Source: Marsupella aquatica (lineage: Eukaryota > Plantae > Marchantiophyta). From it: DNA of 64,000 bases. Positions 14,201 through 29,897 of this stretch are shown here, piece after piece. Position 1 is the first letter of the stretch. Each line of letters begins with the position of its first letter. The stretch is from NCBI GenBank assembly GCA_973895155.1, contig OZ316895.1, positions 23,892,281 to 23,956,280 on the forward strand, written 5' to 3'. A program made the translations under genes and the position numbers. The notes under the pieces are model-generated. The model was given only the letters and a program-made list of their open reading frames with translations. It was not told the DNA's origin and did no database searches.

Positions 14201-17200
14201 TGTAGCAGGTAAACCATCAGGCGTTGGAGGAGACACACTGGCGATGATGGATCGATTAGAAGTTCTTGGTGAGGCTTTGCTCTTAAATGACGACACATTG
14301 AACCCTTGGAACTACGTTGCGTCCTCGGACCATGTAATTTTGGACCCTAGCCTTCAGGTTATTAAGCCATGAAAAGAAATTACGGTAGCTAAAAAGTTGA
14401 GTTGTTCTCTTAATTTAATCTTTTTAAGAGACCTTGCTATCCAAATATTTAGCTATCTATGATCCTAGTGCACGGCATGAATAGTTTTGATACGGAACAG
14501 TGTTTTAACTCGGGAGTAGATAAAGATCCAACTGGAAGCACAAATGCATTTAATAAGGTTTAGTGCTTTAAATGATCTCTAAAACCGACCTTATGCTTGA
14601 CAGGTCGAATTGATTATGATGAACAGAAGTCTATTTGATAGCGACATTTCGAAATCTATACGAAAAGGGTTGCAGATACAATTTATAATTCTTGCCCTTC
14701 AACGTGTGCCGTTGTTTCTAGAGCTGGACTACGAGCAACTTTCAAACCTTGCAGAACAATTCACAGAATCAACGCATAAGAGAGGTTCCATGTAACATCC
14801 TAGAATCTTTGCCCTCATTGAACATTATTGATCCAAGAACTTCCTACACTAACATAGATCTCTTCCAAGTCATTTTGAATCTAACCTTTTAAGTATGTTG
14901 CCTACAGTTTTTTGATAAGCTAATGATAAACTTGCAGCGGAAGAATCAACCTAAGGTCGTTCATATTAAAACTTTGTGACAGATTAAGTTCATTAATTGG
15001 CATTGAATGAGTCAAGCTAGTGACATGTAGAATGGAGGACTCTGTTTCAACTAACAGATGACGATTCAGATTGAGTGGCCTGTGATACAAACGATAATCC
15101 TTGGATCTGCCGTTGATCTGTGCAGGACAAATAATTGTGGGAATTGGTGATGCTTCTGCCTCCGATGCACGTTTATATGTCGTCCTCAAAGGCACTTTAG
15201 TAGTACAGAACTTCGTGACCAGTCCTGAAGTGATGCAAAATGATGCGAATCAGGTGACTAACAGTCCGGTGATTAATAGTTGGGGTAGTAGACTGGGCTC
15301 TTTGTTGAGGAGCCCGTCTGGAAACCACACAATTCCACCTCCTCTGACCCCATTGAAGAGCCCATCTGGAGTAAACACAATTCCACCTCCTCCAACCTCG
15401 TTGAAGAGCCCATCTGGAGTAAACACAATTCCACCTCCTCCTACCTCGTTGAAGAGCTCACAAGGAGGAAATACAATTCCACCTCCTCTGACGAGTGGCT
15501 CGAAATCTTCTCCCACAAGTTCCGGAACTTCCAGCACAAGCCTCTGCAGCCCGAGTACTAGCTCAGGTCCCCTGAAAGTGTCCCAACTTGAAATTAACAA
15601 TTCGGCAAGGGATCCTACGAGTCGCTCCCCTTCGCTCACTTCTGGGTAGGTGGAATTGTCTCTTTGAAGGAAACCATGCACTTAAGGCGCACCTGTTACA
15701 TGTACGCTACTGTAAACCATTATCAGAGAAAGCTAAGGATGCTCTTCATTCTCAAGAAAGTGTTCATGAAAAGAACGTACCAATTAAGAATTGTTCGCAG
15801 GCAAAATATGTCTTCATGAGTAGCTCTCACTGAAAAACATTTCAAACAAAATGTTTTTTGGAATGAAATACTTCATAACTCAGGTGTCTTCTTCCTGCCT
15901 GATATATTGCTGTGAGAATCGTAATGATTCATTACTACTAATCCCACGTCCTATATCTGTCGAAAGCTTTATAATCAGGTGTTGGTGTTTCTGTGAGATC
16001 CAGTCAAAGCTGGACTATTACAACTTATTCGGTCTTTGGAGAGGAGTGTTTACAAGACGACAGATCCTCAAGCCCAGCATGCCAGTCTACCACTGTGCTT
16101 GACAGTGCAGCGATTTGTTTATCTGTGTCACTGTCAGAGATGGCCTGTGTGCTTGGACCTATACAAGAGTTTCTTGCACGAGTTGCAAATCTCAACGTTC
16201 TTAGGTGCAATTCTCTCCTTTCTCTTCACATACATGCACCAACGGCAAGCTAGTGATCTGATTACACATCTGTCAATTAAACTAATTATTAAAATGAGGC
16301 TCTCAAGTAATGTTGAAAAACTATCACAGGAAAACTTATTACAGGCTCGAAAAAACCCTTGAGCTGTTATATCCGGTAGATGATATACCCGGAAATGAGG
16401 ATTTCGCCATCATTTTCTCGACTCAGGGATTTGTAAAGCTCATTGTATGCACACTCATAGTACCAGTTCCTAAATAAAACAGAGCACCCCATTGCTGAAA
16501 AGACCCAACTTGTCGTCACGTGAGAAATATGACAATGACAATTCTTTGGCCAGAAAGGTTCCATGCTTGGAGTATCTTACAAGCCCAGAGTTGGATATGA
16601 TGTCGCGGTCAATGGGTCTTCGGAAGGTGAAGCCCGGCGAGGTGATCTATCGCCTTGGAGATCCAGGTGACCGACTATATGTCGTCCACAAGGGGACAGT
16701 GGTGGAATCCACGAACTCAGCCAAAGATGGCAAAGTGGAAGAGCAAATCCTAGTATCCGGATCCTTCTTTGGAGAATGTGCTCTTCTTAAAGCAGAGCCA
16801 AGATGGCAGACAATAATTGGTGGCAACGCTAGTTCCCCATCAGGTTAGCATAATGTAGTATATATATCACTTGTGTAGCCATTTTGTGAAACCTCTAGAG
16901 AGCCTCACCATGTAACCGACATATAGACTGGGCTGCAGCTTAATGAATTCTGTTTCAAACTGTCACTCAATCGATTAGTCTAATTTATCTGAGGTAGATA
17001 GTTCCAGATATTCCAGCCTGTATTACTAAAAAGGTTTGGAGTTCTACACTTATATATAATAGTTGTCTTTCGAATTTACTTCCAATTGTTTCAATTGGTA
17101 CATTTGCTGTACTCAAGTCCGGACTCGTATCACCACACTGCTAATGATTTGTCCACCGGGTAAGATGCAGCCAGAATAGAACTGTACTATTTGGATCGAG

Positions 17201-20069
17201 GAGTTCTGGAAGCTCACCTTGGTCCCCTACAAGAGTTGTATGAGACTCGCAAAGCAAATGCTGAAAAGAATGGCATCATGAAGAAAATATCATTTGAAGA
17301 GCTGCAAGTGATCGGTCTCCTTGGCAGTGGTCAGTTTGATTTTCAGCTTGGTTAGCTTCTAGCAATACTGTAATACACATATAAAGTGACTGTAGTGTTA
17401 ATAGCCAAATCTCACGATAACCTATGGTACGATAATTGGAATCGGTGGAAGTCACTAAAATAAATAATTTCAGGTTAACGCGACCTAGGATCTGGAGAAT
17501 TCTAAACTTAATATTAGCGGATTGCAATTTGACATTTGTTTCCATTCAAATCTTTTGCAGGATTGTTCGGTAAAGTGAAACTTGTGTATTGCCAACGTAT
17601 GGATGAGTTCTATGCTCTCAAGTGCGTCAAGAAAGCGCAGGTAGGGATAAAGCATTGCCTAGTTTTGTGGGACGTTTCTTCATTCTAATGAAAGGTTGGA
17701 CAATATCTTCTCCACCGAATGTAATCAGTTCATACTAAAATTTGTGATGCGACCCTGAAGTTTGTATATTCTTAGCGTTCATGTGCTCAATTTTGAGCCT
17801 GTCGCCATGAAGCATTAAAATATTTTACAGCTTCTGAATAAGGCTCGACGATCATTTATGGTTGAGAATATCGGAGTTGAACTGTACGTGCAGGTCGTCA
17901 AAATGCACGAAGAAGAACACTTGCGCAACGAAAAGATCAATATGTCCGAGTTGGATCATCCTTTCATAACAAAACTTGTTCGAACCTTCAAAGACGAGAA
18001 ACATGTAAGATGCACGGTACTCGTAATATGTTGAGGGAATATTGACTTTCGCACGCGTTCAATTGCACTGCCAGTTACCTGCGCATGACTCCGAATGCCC
18101 AATTTTTCCAGATATATCTTCTTCAAGAGTTGACAACTGGGAAGGAATTGTTTCAATTCATGGAGAAGGTTGGGCGGCTCCAAGAATGGGAAGCTTCGTT
18201 TTATGCTGGTGCGGTGCTCCTTGCGTAAGGATTCTCCACTATATGTTCTTATCAAGCTTGTAGCAACCTACTTCTACTCCTACATCATCCTTATAGGCAA
18301 TTTAAGCTTTTAGAATATCTGCATATTTGTTTCAAAGTATATTGCAACTGAGATCGACAGCGCACTCTTAGTACAACTCTCGTCATTGTCGAATTTCATT
18401 TCATAAAATTAGATGATGCGACTAGAAATCCAAAGCAATTCCTGATAGATGGGTGACAATATGTGAGGTCCAAATCGAGGTCCAAATCAGTAAAACACTG
18501 CAGGAGGCGATTATTTTCCGATGATGCAATTCACTCTAAACAGGATGATCTTCTAGATATACAGTTAGTGCAAACTAGGGCTCATTGGACACGTTTGGCC
18601 CCTGATACAGAAGGATTAGAACAATTGTCCACCAATGCAGGCTCGCTAGACTTAAACGCCTCGCATGCTTTCAAAACGAAACAGAAAACCCTAAGGGTAT
18701 ACCAGACATGTGCAGATTGGAGTATATGCATGGCAAAGGAATTGCGTATCGGGATTTGAAGCCTGAAAACACTCTCATTGGAGAGAATGGATATCCCAAA
18801 CTTATTGACATGGGATTCGCGAAAAGGATTTACAATCGAAAAACGTTTTCCATGTGTGGAACACCAGACTACATGGCCCCCGAGATCATTAAACGGCAAG
18901 GACATGGAAAGGCTGTAGACTTCTGGGCTCTTGGTTGTTTGATCTTCGAGATGATTACAAACACCAGCGCCTTCAACAGAGGGAGCGATCCGCCTCAGGT
19001 ACTAGTGCTCTAGAATCTATAGATATGTCTGTACTGTAAAATAGCAATCATGCTGTAATGCAGCAACTAAATGCATTGGTCTATTTACAGTAGCTCCTTA
19101 TCGATGTTTGTTGGGATCCAATCGAAAGAATCGGTAGCTGTCTCGTTTCGATCATTAAATTTGAAAATAAAAAACGATGAAAAACTCATGTGACAGGACC
19201 TGCCCATTAGAAAAATCCTAGCAACCTCTGAATGTATATGGTTCAGAAGTACGTAATAGATGATGGCAGCAAGCAAACTTGGCTGTCCCAGAAAAATTAG
19301 CCCTCAAGCTCACTTCTACAAGAAACTAACCGAAAAATCAATTGCATGCACAGCTGAGAATCTGATTCAGAGGTGCATCGATAGATAATGCTCTAGAAAA
19401 GCCGCAGAGCGTCAATACAGAGACAGGCTTTTAATTTGCTGCCTTCACATATCCCACATTTCCCCACATTCTCCGGGACGACATCGATCACTAATTTGTT
19501 AAAGAAACTTTCTTGCAGGTTGTCTTTCAAAACATCACGGAAGGGCGCTTCCGTTGTCCGGGATATGTCTCGGTCACTACTGTGGACATTATCACGCAAT
19601 TGCTCGATCCAAACCCAGAAACTCGACTTGGATCTCGCCCAGGCGGGATCGTGGAGCTCAAGCAGCATCCTTTCTTCACCCGGGAGATAGACTTCCAACT
19701 TCTTCTACGCCAGAAAGAGGAGGCACCCGTGAGTATCACATTTGACATAATTTTACTGCAAGACACAATTTCAGTCGTTTACTAAATATATATATAGGTG
19801 CGAAACTAGCGCAGAACCTTATATGGCAGCAAATGTTTTGGTGAAGCCTTCTTTGTTAAGGAGTCTTAATTCCTCCAAGTATTGTCTGGTTTACGGTCTG
19901 GATACTCTCAAATACATACTAAGATATTACTTACCACTGCTCGCAGATGATCCCTAACAAGGTCAAGGACTACAAGGCTCTTTGCACGATTGACAAGCAC
20001 CCTGAAGATCCATTCGAAAATATGAGCAATGTATCACAGCACAATCCTCAGTGGGACGACATCTTTTGA
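11235..20069 (+). CDS. cGMP-dependent protein kinase (PKG)-like kinase: four CNB domains + AGC Ser/Thr kinase, ~1088 aa
   Basis: Predicted exons: 11235-11237 (ATG, uncertain), 11298-11533, 12325-12417, 12641-12773, 13107-13139, 13300-13488, 13796-13924, 14154-14333, 14604-14784, 15126-15645, 16004-16204, 16554-16843, 17171-17329, 17561-17640, 17894-18004, 18112-18224, 18716-18998, 19519-19728, 19947-20069. Phases are consistent (3267 nt). CNB cassettes FGELALMYDTVRNVTV, LGEALLL, FGEECL and FGECALLKAEPRWQT. Kinase motifs LGSGLFGKV, YALK, YRDLKPEN, DMGFAK, CGTPDYMAPE, AVDFWALG, RLG and HPFF. C-terminal WDDIF*. Confidence 0.92.
15305..15496 (+). repeat. Coding tandem repeat, 4 x 48 nt (LKSPSGVNTIPPPPTS), inside the PKG-like gene
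   Basis: Units LRSPSGNHTIPPPLTP, LKSPSGVNTIPPPPTS (x2) and LKSSQGGNTIPPPLTS, in frame within exon 15126-15645. Confidence 0.9.
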
Positions 20070-22244
20070 TTTGCTTCACAATCTTTTGAGGCCTCGATTA
20101 AATTCTTGGACTAATATGTTTGGGTGGCACGTTCTGTCGCTTTGCAAATGGATCATTCTTTTCAATATCATCATCCAGGGTGAACAGAGAATAATTATGA
20201 GCTGGTATTAGTCTCGAGCTGTCGTTTAGTTCATTCATTGAAGACGAGAACACTATCAAAGTCTCACATTTTGATTTTGTGGAGTGCTCTCGACAAGAAA
20301 CTCAGCACAAATGTGTACAGGTTAATTGGCCAATAGTAACTTAACTCTAAGTTCTAATGTAAAATGGATTATTTTCCATTCTCTCCCCTCGCCACCACCT
20401 CATAATTACAGTGGTGTCCCGCAATGTCTACGTAATTAGCAAACAATAACGAAAACTGAGTGCTCCTTGTCAAGCTCCAAACCAATCGAGCTCCAAAGCC
20501 CCCGCGTCACATGAGTACAAAACAAAAATTAGGCTTCTCTGTGCATGGAAGGTTCCAACCCTTACATTGCAGAAGATCCTCTAGTCTTGGCGCTAGTGAG
20601 TTTGGACCTGTGGGTAGATCACTTGAAATTATCTAATTGACGGGGAGAACGTTTCAAACAGTAATCACTGTCCTCGTCTCCATTCTCCTGTTCCCAATCT
20701 CTTGTTCCCATGTCCAAACACGTTTACTTCGGTTCATCCCTCGGGACTCCGAGAAATCCGGCAGCCTGTGGAGATCCACCAAGAAATTATGGACAATGCG
20801 CCACGGGAGTGAATTCATCGTGCGGATCTATGTGATGACAGAGAGGTGATAACTTGCAGAAGTTCCCCCAGGCAATGAGCTGTCAAAGCATAGGTTGTTG
20901 GAAAATTGCTTCGGTGTTAACGAAGGCGTTCCTGCGACACCTGGAGATCGCAGAATGAAAAAGAACTCTTCTTGGTTTGTAGTCCAAAAAGCAAGTCAAG
21001 TTTCGATTTCCGTAAGTGTTTAAAATGTCAGTGGGTTCGTGTTTTCTAATTGGCCCATTTATGCCAAATCGTCACTCAAGACTTGGGCGAGCTCTTAGAA
21101 GAAAGGGAAGATGGGAAATCTTGAGACAAAATTCCTCGTACATTGGTTGCTTACAAGTTATTCGAGACCATGCTTGCCAGATGCAATATTCCTGCTTAAA
21201 GTATCAGAAGATTCAATGATACAGAGTAGATGTGCTAGAGGCACTTCAAGCAGACCATAAGCTCTTCACCAACCAACCACAATCAGCCCCGCACTAAAAG
21301 AACACTGGTGTGAGTAATTAGTGGGGTCAGGGGGTATGTTGAAAATAAATCACAGCATCGTTACTCTAGATTTGTAAACAATTATTGTTGCATGAGAATG
21401 GGTTGACAATGGTTGGTCGGATGTTGAAAAACAGCAAAACCATTCCGCCGAAAGTTGTATGCGATGACGCAATCCCCACTCTTGACAAGACTTGGAAACG
21501 GATGAGGCAATGCGTAACTGTCGACAAGACTTGGAAAGCAAGATACGTTTGCTTCATGATTGTAATGCACTTTCGCTTTTATTGCAGACGTGCAATGTTC
21601 AAACCCATCTCGACTCTTTTTCTGAAGGCAGATTCCGAATGATGCCGTGTCGACTCCTTGTAGACTCATTCACAAAGACTGACGTAGTGCCCAGCCTCCT
21701 TTCAGTATCCACCACCATGGTTTTCAATTTCAGATCAAGAACACAAACGACTGACTGTTCACTCCCTTTCGGAGGAGGGCTTGTAGCCTTTAGACTCTTA
21801 GCAAAGACCATGGAAAAATATACTCCTGTTCAAAACATTCAGCTAATAGAGACCCGAGGGCGTGGGCGTGTGTCACTAGACTTTCGATTCAAGACAATCT
21901 GCACTTAGGCCGCAACAATTCGGTGTCCTTTGGCAAAAGACAAAACAAAAATCATGAGTAAACACACATCGTTGAGGGCTGATCGATGCATGAACATCCA
22001 GTCTTCGAGAGGATTTTATTAAGTGGAAGTGAGTACGGCGAGCTGCACAAAGCTCGAGAATTCAATGAGTTTTGGACATCCAGTCGGAGCCAGTGATGAT
22101 TTCACATACAGCAACCCGGGACAGCAACATACAGTTGCCTCCATGACTTATTGGCAATGATAATGTAAACAGTTGGATCCGACCCACAGTCATTGAAAAG
22201 GAAGGATCTATGCGTAACTTTCCGATCCCAAGCTACTGGATCGG

Positions 22245-22281
22245 ATATATATGTATATATATATATATATATATATAATAT
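22245..22281. repeat. (AT)n microsatellite (imperfect)
   Basis: Visible atatat run. Confidence 0.85.
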
Positions 22282-23255
22282 AAGATCAGTAACCGGGCGG
22301 ACAACCCAGTGAGCGTCTTGGAGCTGGCGCAGGGTTGTGTAGCTTGGCAGCTAAACAATTAATAGGTGTACATTTAAGTTGTCTGCAAATTAACCGATAG
22401 CTCATATTGAGAGCCGGTCTCCGAATCATTACATACTTTCCGAGATCACTTTATAACGAAACGTAAGATCTTCAAAGCATCGAATCTCCGGTCTTTGATA
22501 GAAACGATGGAAAGAGCTCATTTCAGCGCGCGCCACAGCCAGTAATCTCACTGACAATCCGAACAGTGGTGAAGTTTCGGAAGTTGCTCCCGTCCAGAAA
22601 AGTAAGTGATAGACTCTCCCTCTTGATTTGAATCTGCTTACGTGACAAAGGTGGAGCCATGCCAGTACAGCTAAATTCCTTGATTCGGAAGATTTCCACG
22701 CATCTTTTGCTGTCAGTGAATGTCCGATTCAACTTTTCGGTTTCAATTCCTCCTCGCCCGGCGCAAGTCGGCTACAACTGGCCATATGCAAGTAATCCCG
22801 GGAGTCTCCAAGGGATAAATCAGGGGAATTAAGCATAAACAGAATTCTCTCGTTTACTCTGTACTATGGAGCTTTTCTATGAGCTCTTCCTCTAATTAAT
22901 TTAGTCTCGATACTTTTGCCATATCGAGGCGAAAGGGTGCAAATTCCCGAACTTCTACCGTGTGTGACACATAAACGTATCAGGCGAAGACAGTTGCTCC
23001 CGCTGGCTGGCACTAGCATGCGAGACTCCGTCTAGGAGAGCACATCAAGTTTAAATTCTATTTACATTCTACTTCAAATAGGTGTGTTGCTCTACCTGCC
23101 TGTACATGTGAGAACCAAATGGCAGCCAACCTCGCTGCTCACACATCTGTCTCTACCGCGCAAATATAATCTCGAGTTCAAAAATTGCAGAAAAATTCCT
23201 CGATAACTAATTCTGGGCTCCGCATCTATGCTGTGACATGACCGGAAAATCCTGG

Positions 23256-25452
<2,197 letters not shown>

Positions 25453-27102
25453 CGTTTTCTCCCTTGGAAGTCAACTGGCTTGGATCTGGACCTGGACAGA
25501 TATATAAGTCTGTTTTTCTAGAGTGATGAACGGACAGTTTTTCGAACACTCAACATCATTCAACGAGCTCGATGTTGAACGGAATTGGAGCAGCTCTCGC
25601 AGCCCTGAAAGGTAACCTCCAGCAAACTCCCAGCACAGATCGAGCGAGTCTGTCTAGCTATATTAGCTAAAACCATACTTCTGTACGTTTCCGTCCTACC
25701 AGATGAACTTTAGCACTTCAGAGTAGGTTCGTTACAGTCGCAGACTTTGCTGACCGAACTGGAGGCTAGGGAGAGATATCGTTGTCCACTTGAAACTGTC
25801 AGTGAATGTGCGCATCCGAGAACTCAGGACCTGGCTTCAACACGATGTCAGCTAGGGATCGCTGTCCGCCTGAAGCACGTACTTTACACTCAATCAATCA
25901 CACGAACGATCGGACAATTAAATTCAATCAGTCACTTCTAGAACGAATGCTGATTCACCAAGCTACCAGACGAGCTTCTTCCCCAGCTTCTTCTCTGAAC
26001 GACTGAACGTATCCGGCCCTAGAGTCCCATGCCATGATTAGCGAAAGATTGATGATCAACAAGAACTACATATATCGAAATGGATTCTCCAGTTGTCAAA
26101 ACCAGCTGGCTGCCTGCCTGAAGTTGGATGGCGGCTCGAATGTCGAAGTACTGATCGAAATCTAGCTGGCTGGATTGCTGGCTGGCTGCTTGGCCGGGGG
26201 CGTCAGCAAAACTTTCTACTGACTCGAACGATCTCAGCTGGGGAAGGGGGAATTTGACTTCAACGTGTTCGATTGATTGTTAATGAATATCAGAGCGACA
26301 TACACGGCAAAGGATTAAGAGGTGGCAAGATGTCAAGGTGTCAAGAGGAGCAAGAATCATGCTCGTGCATCAAGTTGGAAAGGGGAGGCTCTGGTTGACA
26401 TTATCGATTCAAACAGCGTGCGAGCGTTCCCACGAAGGCTGCTAGCGAAGTCATTAGTATGAGTAGTAACCCAGTTGCTGAGTTGCACCACATCAATAGA
26501 AAATAGTTCTATATTGTGGCGTTTGCATGGCGTGTGGGAAATAGACAGACTCCGGAAAGAATGTCCAGCCAGCTGCAGCTACAGGAGTAATTAAGTTGAT
26601 TGCTTGAACCTACTCCTTTGAGCTAGCTCGGGGAGGGTCTGGTTCAGATTGGTCACACCCGTCAACCACTCTACGCCAGTGGGTCTGGCTGCCACCAGGC
26701 GAACCTTCTTTCAAGGTCAGCCCCCCGTCTCCATAGTCAGTGCAGCAGACAGCGTCTCCGATCCCAAGCTAGCCAAGTGATAGGCAAGCAAGCAAAGCCA
26801 ATGCCAGCTGATCGAGCTCGCCATGGGAAGGACCTGACGATTGCTTATAGGACGTTTGTCACTCGTTTATTGTCGAAATCAGTATTTGGGTGCTTTAGAT
26901 GTCATTCTTTTAATTAAATAGACCAACAAAAACAAAACATAAGAGAAGAGAAGAGACCAATTATAAGGGACTCCGTGACCTCCTATGTTCTTTACTCTGG
27001 AGCTTTACCAAGCTTTGCATTCTTCTCAAGTACATTATGATAACTTGTCCCCGCCGTCGTGTGCTTGGGCGGGTTCATTTTAAGCTCCAATGCCACACCA
27101 TA

Positions 27103-27509
27103 TCTTACTAATAAATCGCAAACTGCAACCTATTTTTCACAAGCTAGGGTCTAGAGTGAAGCCTCTAGACCGGAACTCTATGGTCATCATGTGCATGAGA
27201 AAAACTTATGATATGATTATTATGTATGTACATGCCAATTTTATGTGATAATTTTTAAATATTAATTTACATTCAAAAAATATAGATAGTATGGCCCCAT
27301 CACAACATATGTGCATAGAACATGGATGTGCATACAAAAAGCCTGATGTGCACATCAAGGAGAATGATATATTATATATGACTATTAAAATGATGGGTTT
27401 TTTTATCATTTCATTAATCTTCAAAGAATATGAATAAAAAACATATTTTGATAATTCTTTTATTGTTCTCTCCGCTATTCATGTTCAAAGAACGGGTAGT
27501 CGGGGCTAG
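27103..27509 (+). mobile_element. Non-autonomous Helitron (~0.4 kb)
   Basis: 5' a|TCTTACTAATAAA and 3' gttc-aaa-gaac hairpin then gggtagtcggggCTAG|t. Inserted at A|T with no TSD. Closely similar inverted copy at 50111-50514. Confidence 0.85.
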
Positions 27510-27936
27510 TTCGCCAAATTCTGTTTTCCCCCGCGCCACCATTTTTGACTTCTGAATTTATCCGTTCGTGTCCGCAATTGTCTTAGTGGTTGCAATGCCG
27601 CCAACCACGGTCCCTACAGCCACATCAGTTAGGGTGTTAGCTTTCACTGCTCCTTTGTAGTAGGGTGTTAGCTTGTTAGCTTTTACTGCTCCTTTGTAGG
27701 TTACTTTTTGTCTTTGTTACTTCTTTGGCTTTTGGTTAGGCCCCCTTGGCTTGTTTTTCTTGGGGCCCTCTCCCCTCTTTTATTCAATCCCTTTCATTGG
27801 GATCATGTCTCCCATTTGGCATTTTTTGCCCTTGGGCACTGTGATCATTATAGCAATAGCAAACCTAGCTAGGAGGAAGCCCACTGGCTGCTCTTACCCC
27901 CAAAAGCACCAAAAGCATGGTCAAAAGCAAGGTCAA

Positions 27937-28064
27937 CGCCCGGGTCAAAGAACCCAAAGACCCTAAGAGCCAACTCACATGTGAGGGACTAGGTTTTGCG
28001 GCGCCCGGGTCAAAGAACCCAAAGACCCTAAGAGCCAACTCACATGTGAGGGACTAGGTTTTGC
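27937..28064. repeat. Tandem duplication of a 65-bp unit
   Basis: cgcccgggtcaaagaacccaaagaccctaagagccaactcacatgtgagggactaggttttgc occurs at 27937 and 28002. Confidence 0.9.
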
Positions 28065-29897
28065 AGCCCTAAGCACTCGCAAAATGTTTGAATAAAAGCA
28101 AATCTGGTTTTAGAGTAGGATCTGCTCAAGTGCAAGCCAGGTCTTTGCTTCTCTTTCATTCCCAATTCAAAGGTCGGGGTCTGGAAGTTGAGGGCAGCCA
28201 GGAAACTTTTTGGCCTTGCCCTTGGCAGTCCACATTCTGTATGGTCTGGCCTGGCGCAGGAGTTCTCGCATGTAAATTGCGCTCAAATGCTGCTAGGAGT
28301 CAAGTTGAAGGCCACATTCTTCAGGACTGCATACATACGAGTTGGGCCTAAAGGCTGTCTTACATACATGTGTAGAGTCCTTGAAATGCCCTCAACTGAA
28401 TGGGTGGCATTCCCAACGACTGAGATTTGTATACCTCAACGTCTCCTTGGGCAGGCATACGTGGTGGTACCTAAGGTCAAAGGGCTGGAAAATTTCCAGC
28501 CCTTGAGATCCCAAACCTTGAAAATTGAATACAGCAAGAGAGGGTCCCCTTAAAGCAATGTTCACACTTAGCAAAATGGATTCTGTGGAGAATCAAAATT
28601 CACTCTTTCCCAACAGTTGAGGAGTGTTCAAGGTTCTGAAGGGCTCTGAAAGAAAGGGCTCTTGGCATGCAAGACGACCCTAAGCTGAATAACACATTGT
28701 AAAGACTTTCCCAAGTTTTGGCTTTGTATGTTTTAGAGCATTTACTTCCTACAATACACACCTTGCTTTGAGATGAATTATGCAATGCCCATCAATCTAG
28801 GCATAGTTTTACCATATGAACCAAAAACATGACCTAAAAGTATCATGTTAACTTCTCCTTTGTTCTTTAGTTACACATTATTGAAAGTGATACTATATTC
28901 TCACAAACAAGACAAATGCTTCTTTTGCTAGCCAAAGTTGTCTTTAGTGTCATTATGAGATGGCATCAAAGTTGTACCTAAACAGTGTCTGTTTGATACC
29001 AAAAATTGAACATGGATCCACCCTGCGTGATCATTCTACTAAGAAAGAAGTTGCCCTCTCTAGGGATCCTTTAATTGCATTATTCAATCACATTTTGCAC
29101 GAGTGCCGCCCTTCTACAGGTACCCTCCAATGCATGGAACGATTTTCGTTGCCTTTCCCAAATAAGCGGGTTAAAGCAGTGCAGGATTTTATCACCTCGT
29201 TCCCCAAAGTCTGGGATGACATAGTATTTAGTGGCATGAGGGGGGAGAGGAGGAAAAAGCCATGCTTTCAGGAGTGCAGTGGCTTTCTTAGGTTTGGAGT
29301 ATAATGATGGATCAAGGGAAGCCTAAAAGGGATGTTTTTTCAGAATCCCTGTCTCCATTTTCCTTTGTCTTTTTACAGGTTTTGAGTGTAGAAACATCCC
29401 TGTAACAAGGCTTTGTGGGCTGTACGGCTCTGAAAATTGAGGGCCTCATGAGCTCGCTCATAACAAGGCATTAATTAAACTCAAAGGCTTGGGAGACTTT
29501 TTGGTTTTGTTATATTTGACGAATATAGAAGAAAACTTTTGAAATATCCTTATCCAAATCTGGAATGTACATTCTTCTCCAAAATCAAAGCACCCGAAAT
29601 CACAAAGAGATACTCACTAAGGCATTAAAAACAATCCCTCAATAATTCTCAGCTCCTCTCCGTCCTCCCCCCCCCCCCCCCCAACTCTGTGTTTTACAAT
29701 GACTTCCCTTGCGGTTGTTATAAGGGCTGAAATTTGTGTTATAATAACTTCTGACAAAAAATGGGCCCGGAAGTCCATTGGGACAAAATATCCATGTTTT
29801 GGTCGGTTTTGGGGCTTCATAAGAGGGTGGGGGTTAATTCTTGAGTGTTCCTCCATCCAAAGCAAAGTTGATGGCCACTTTCACACACTAAAGTTAA

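Noticed and set aside
15305-15496. Regularly spaced repeats resembling a CRISPR array
   Set aside because: The units are contiguous in-frame coding repeats with no unique spacers and no cas genes, in a eukaryotic context.
15250-15681. Gly-rich minus-strand repeat ORF (143 aa)
   Set aside because: It is the antisense shadow of the Pro-rich coding repeat of the kinase.
21350-21910. Cluster of overlapping short ORFs, vaguely F-box-associated-like on the minus strand
   Set aside because: No diagnostic motif or consistent splice structure.
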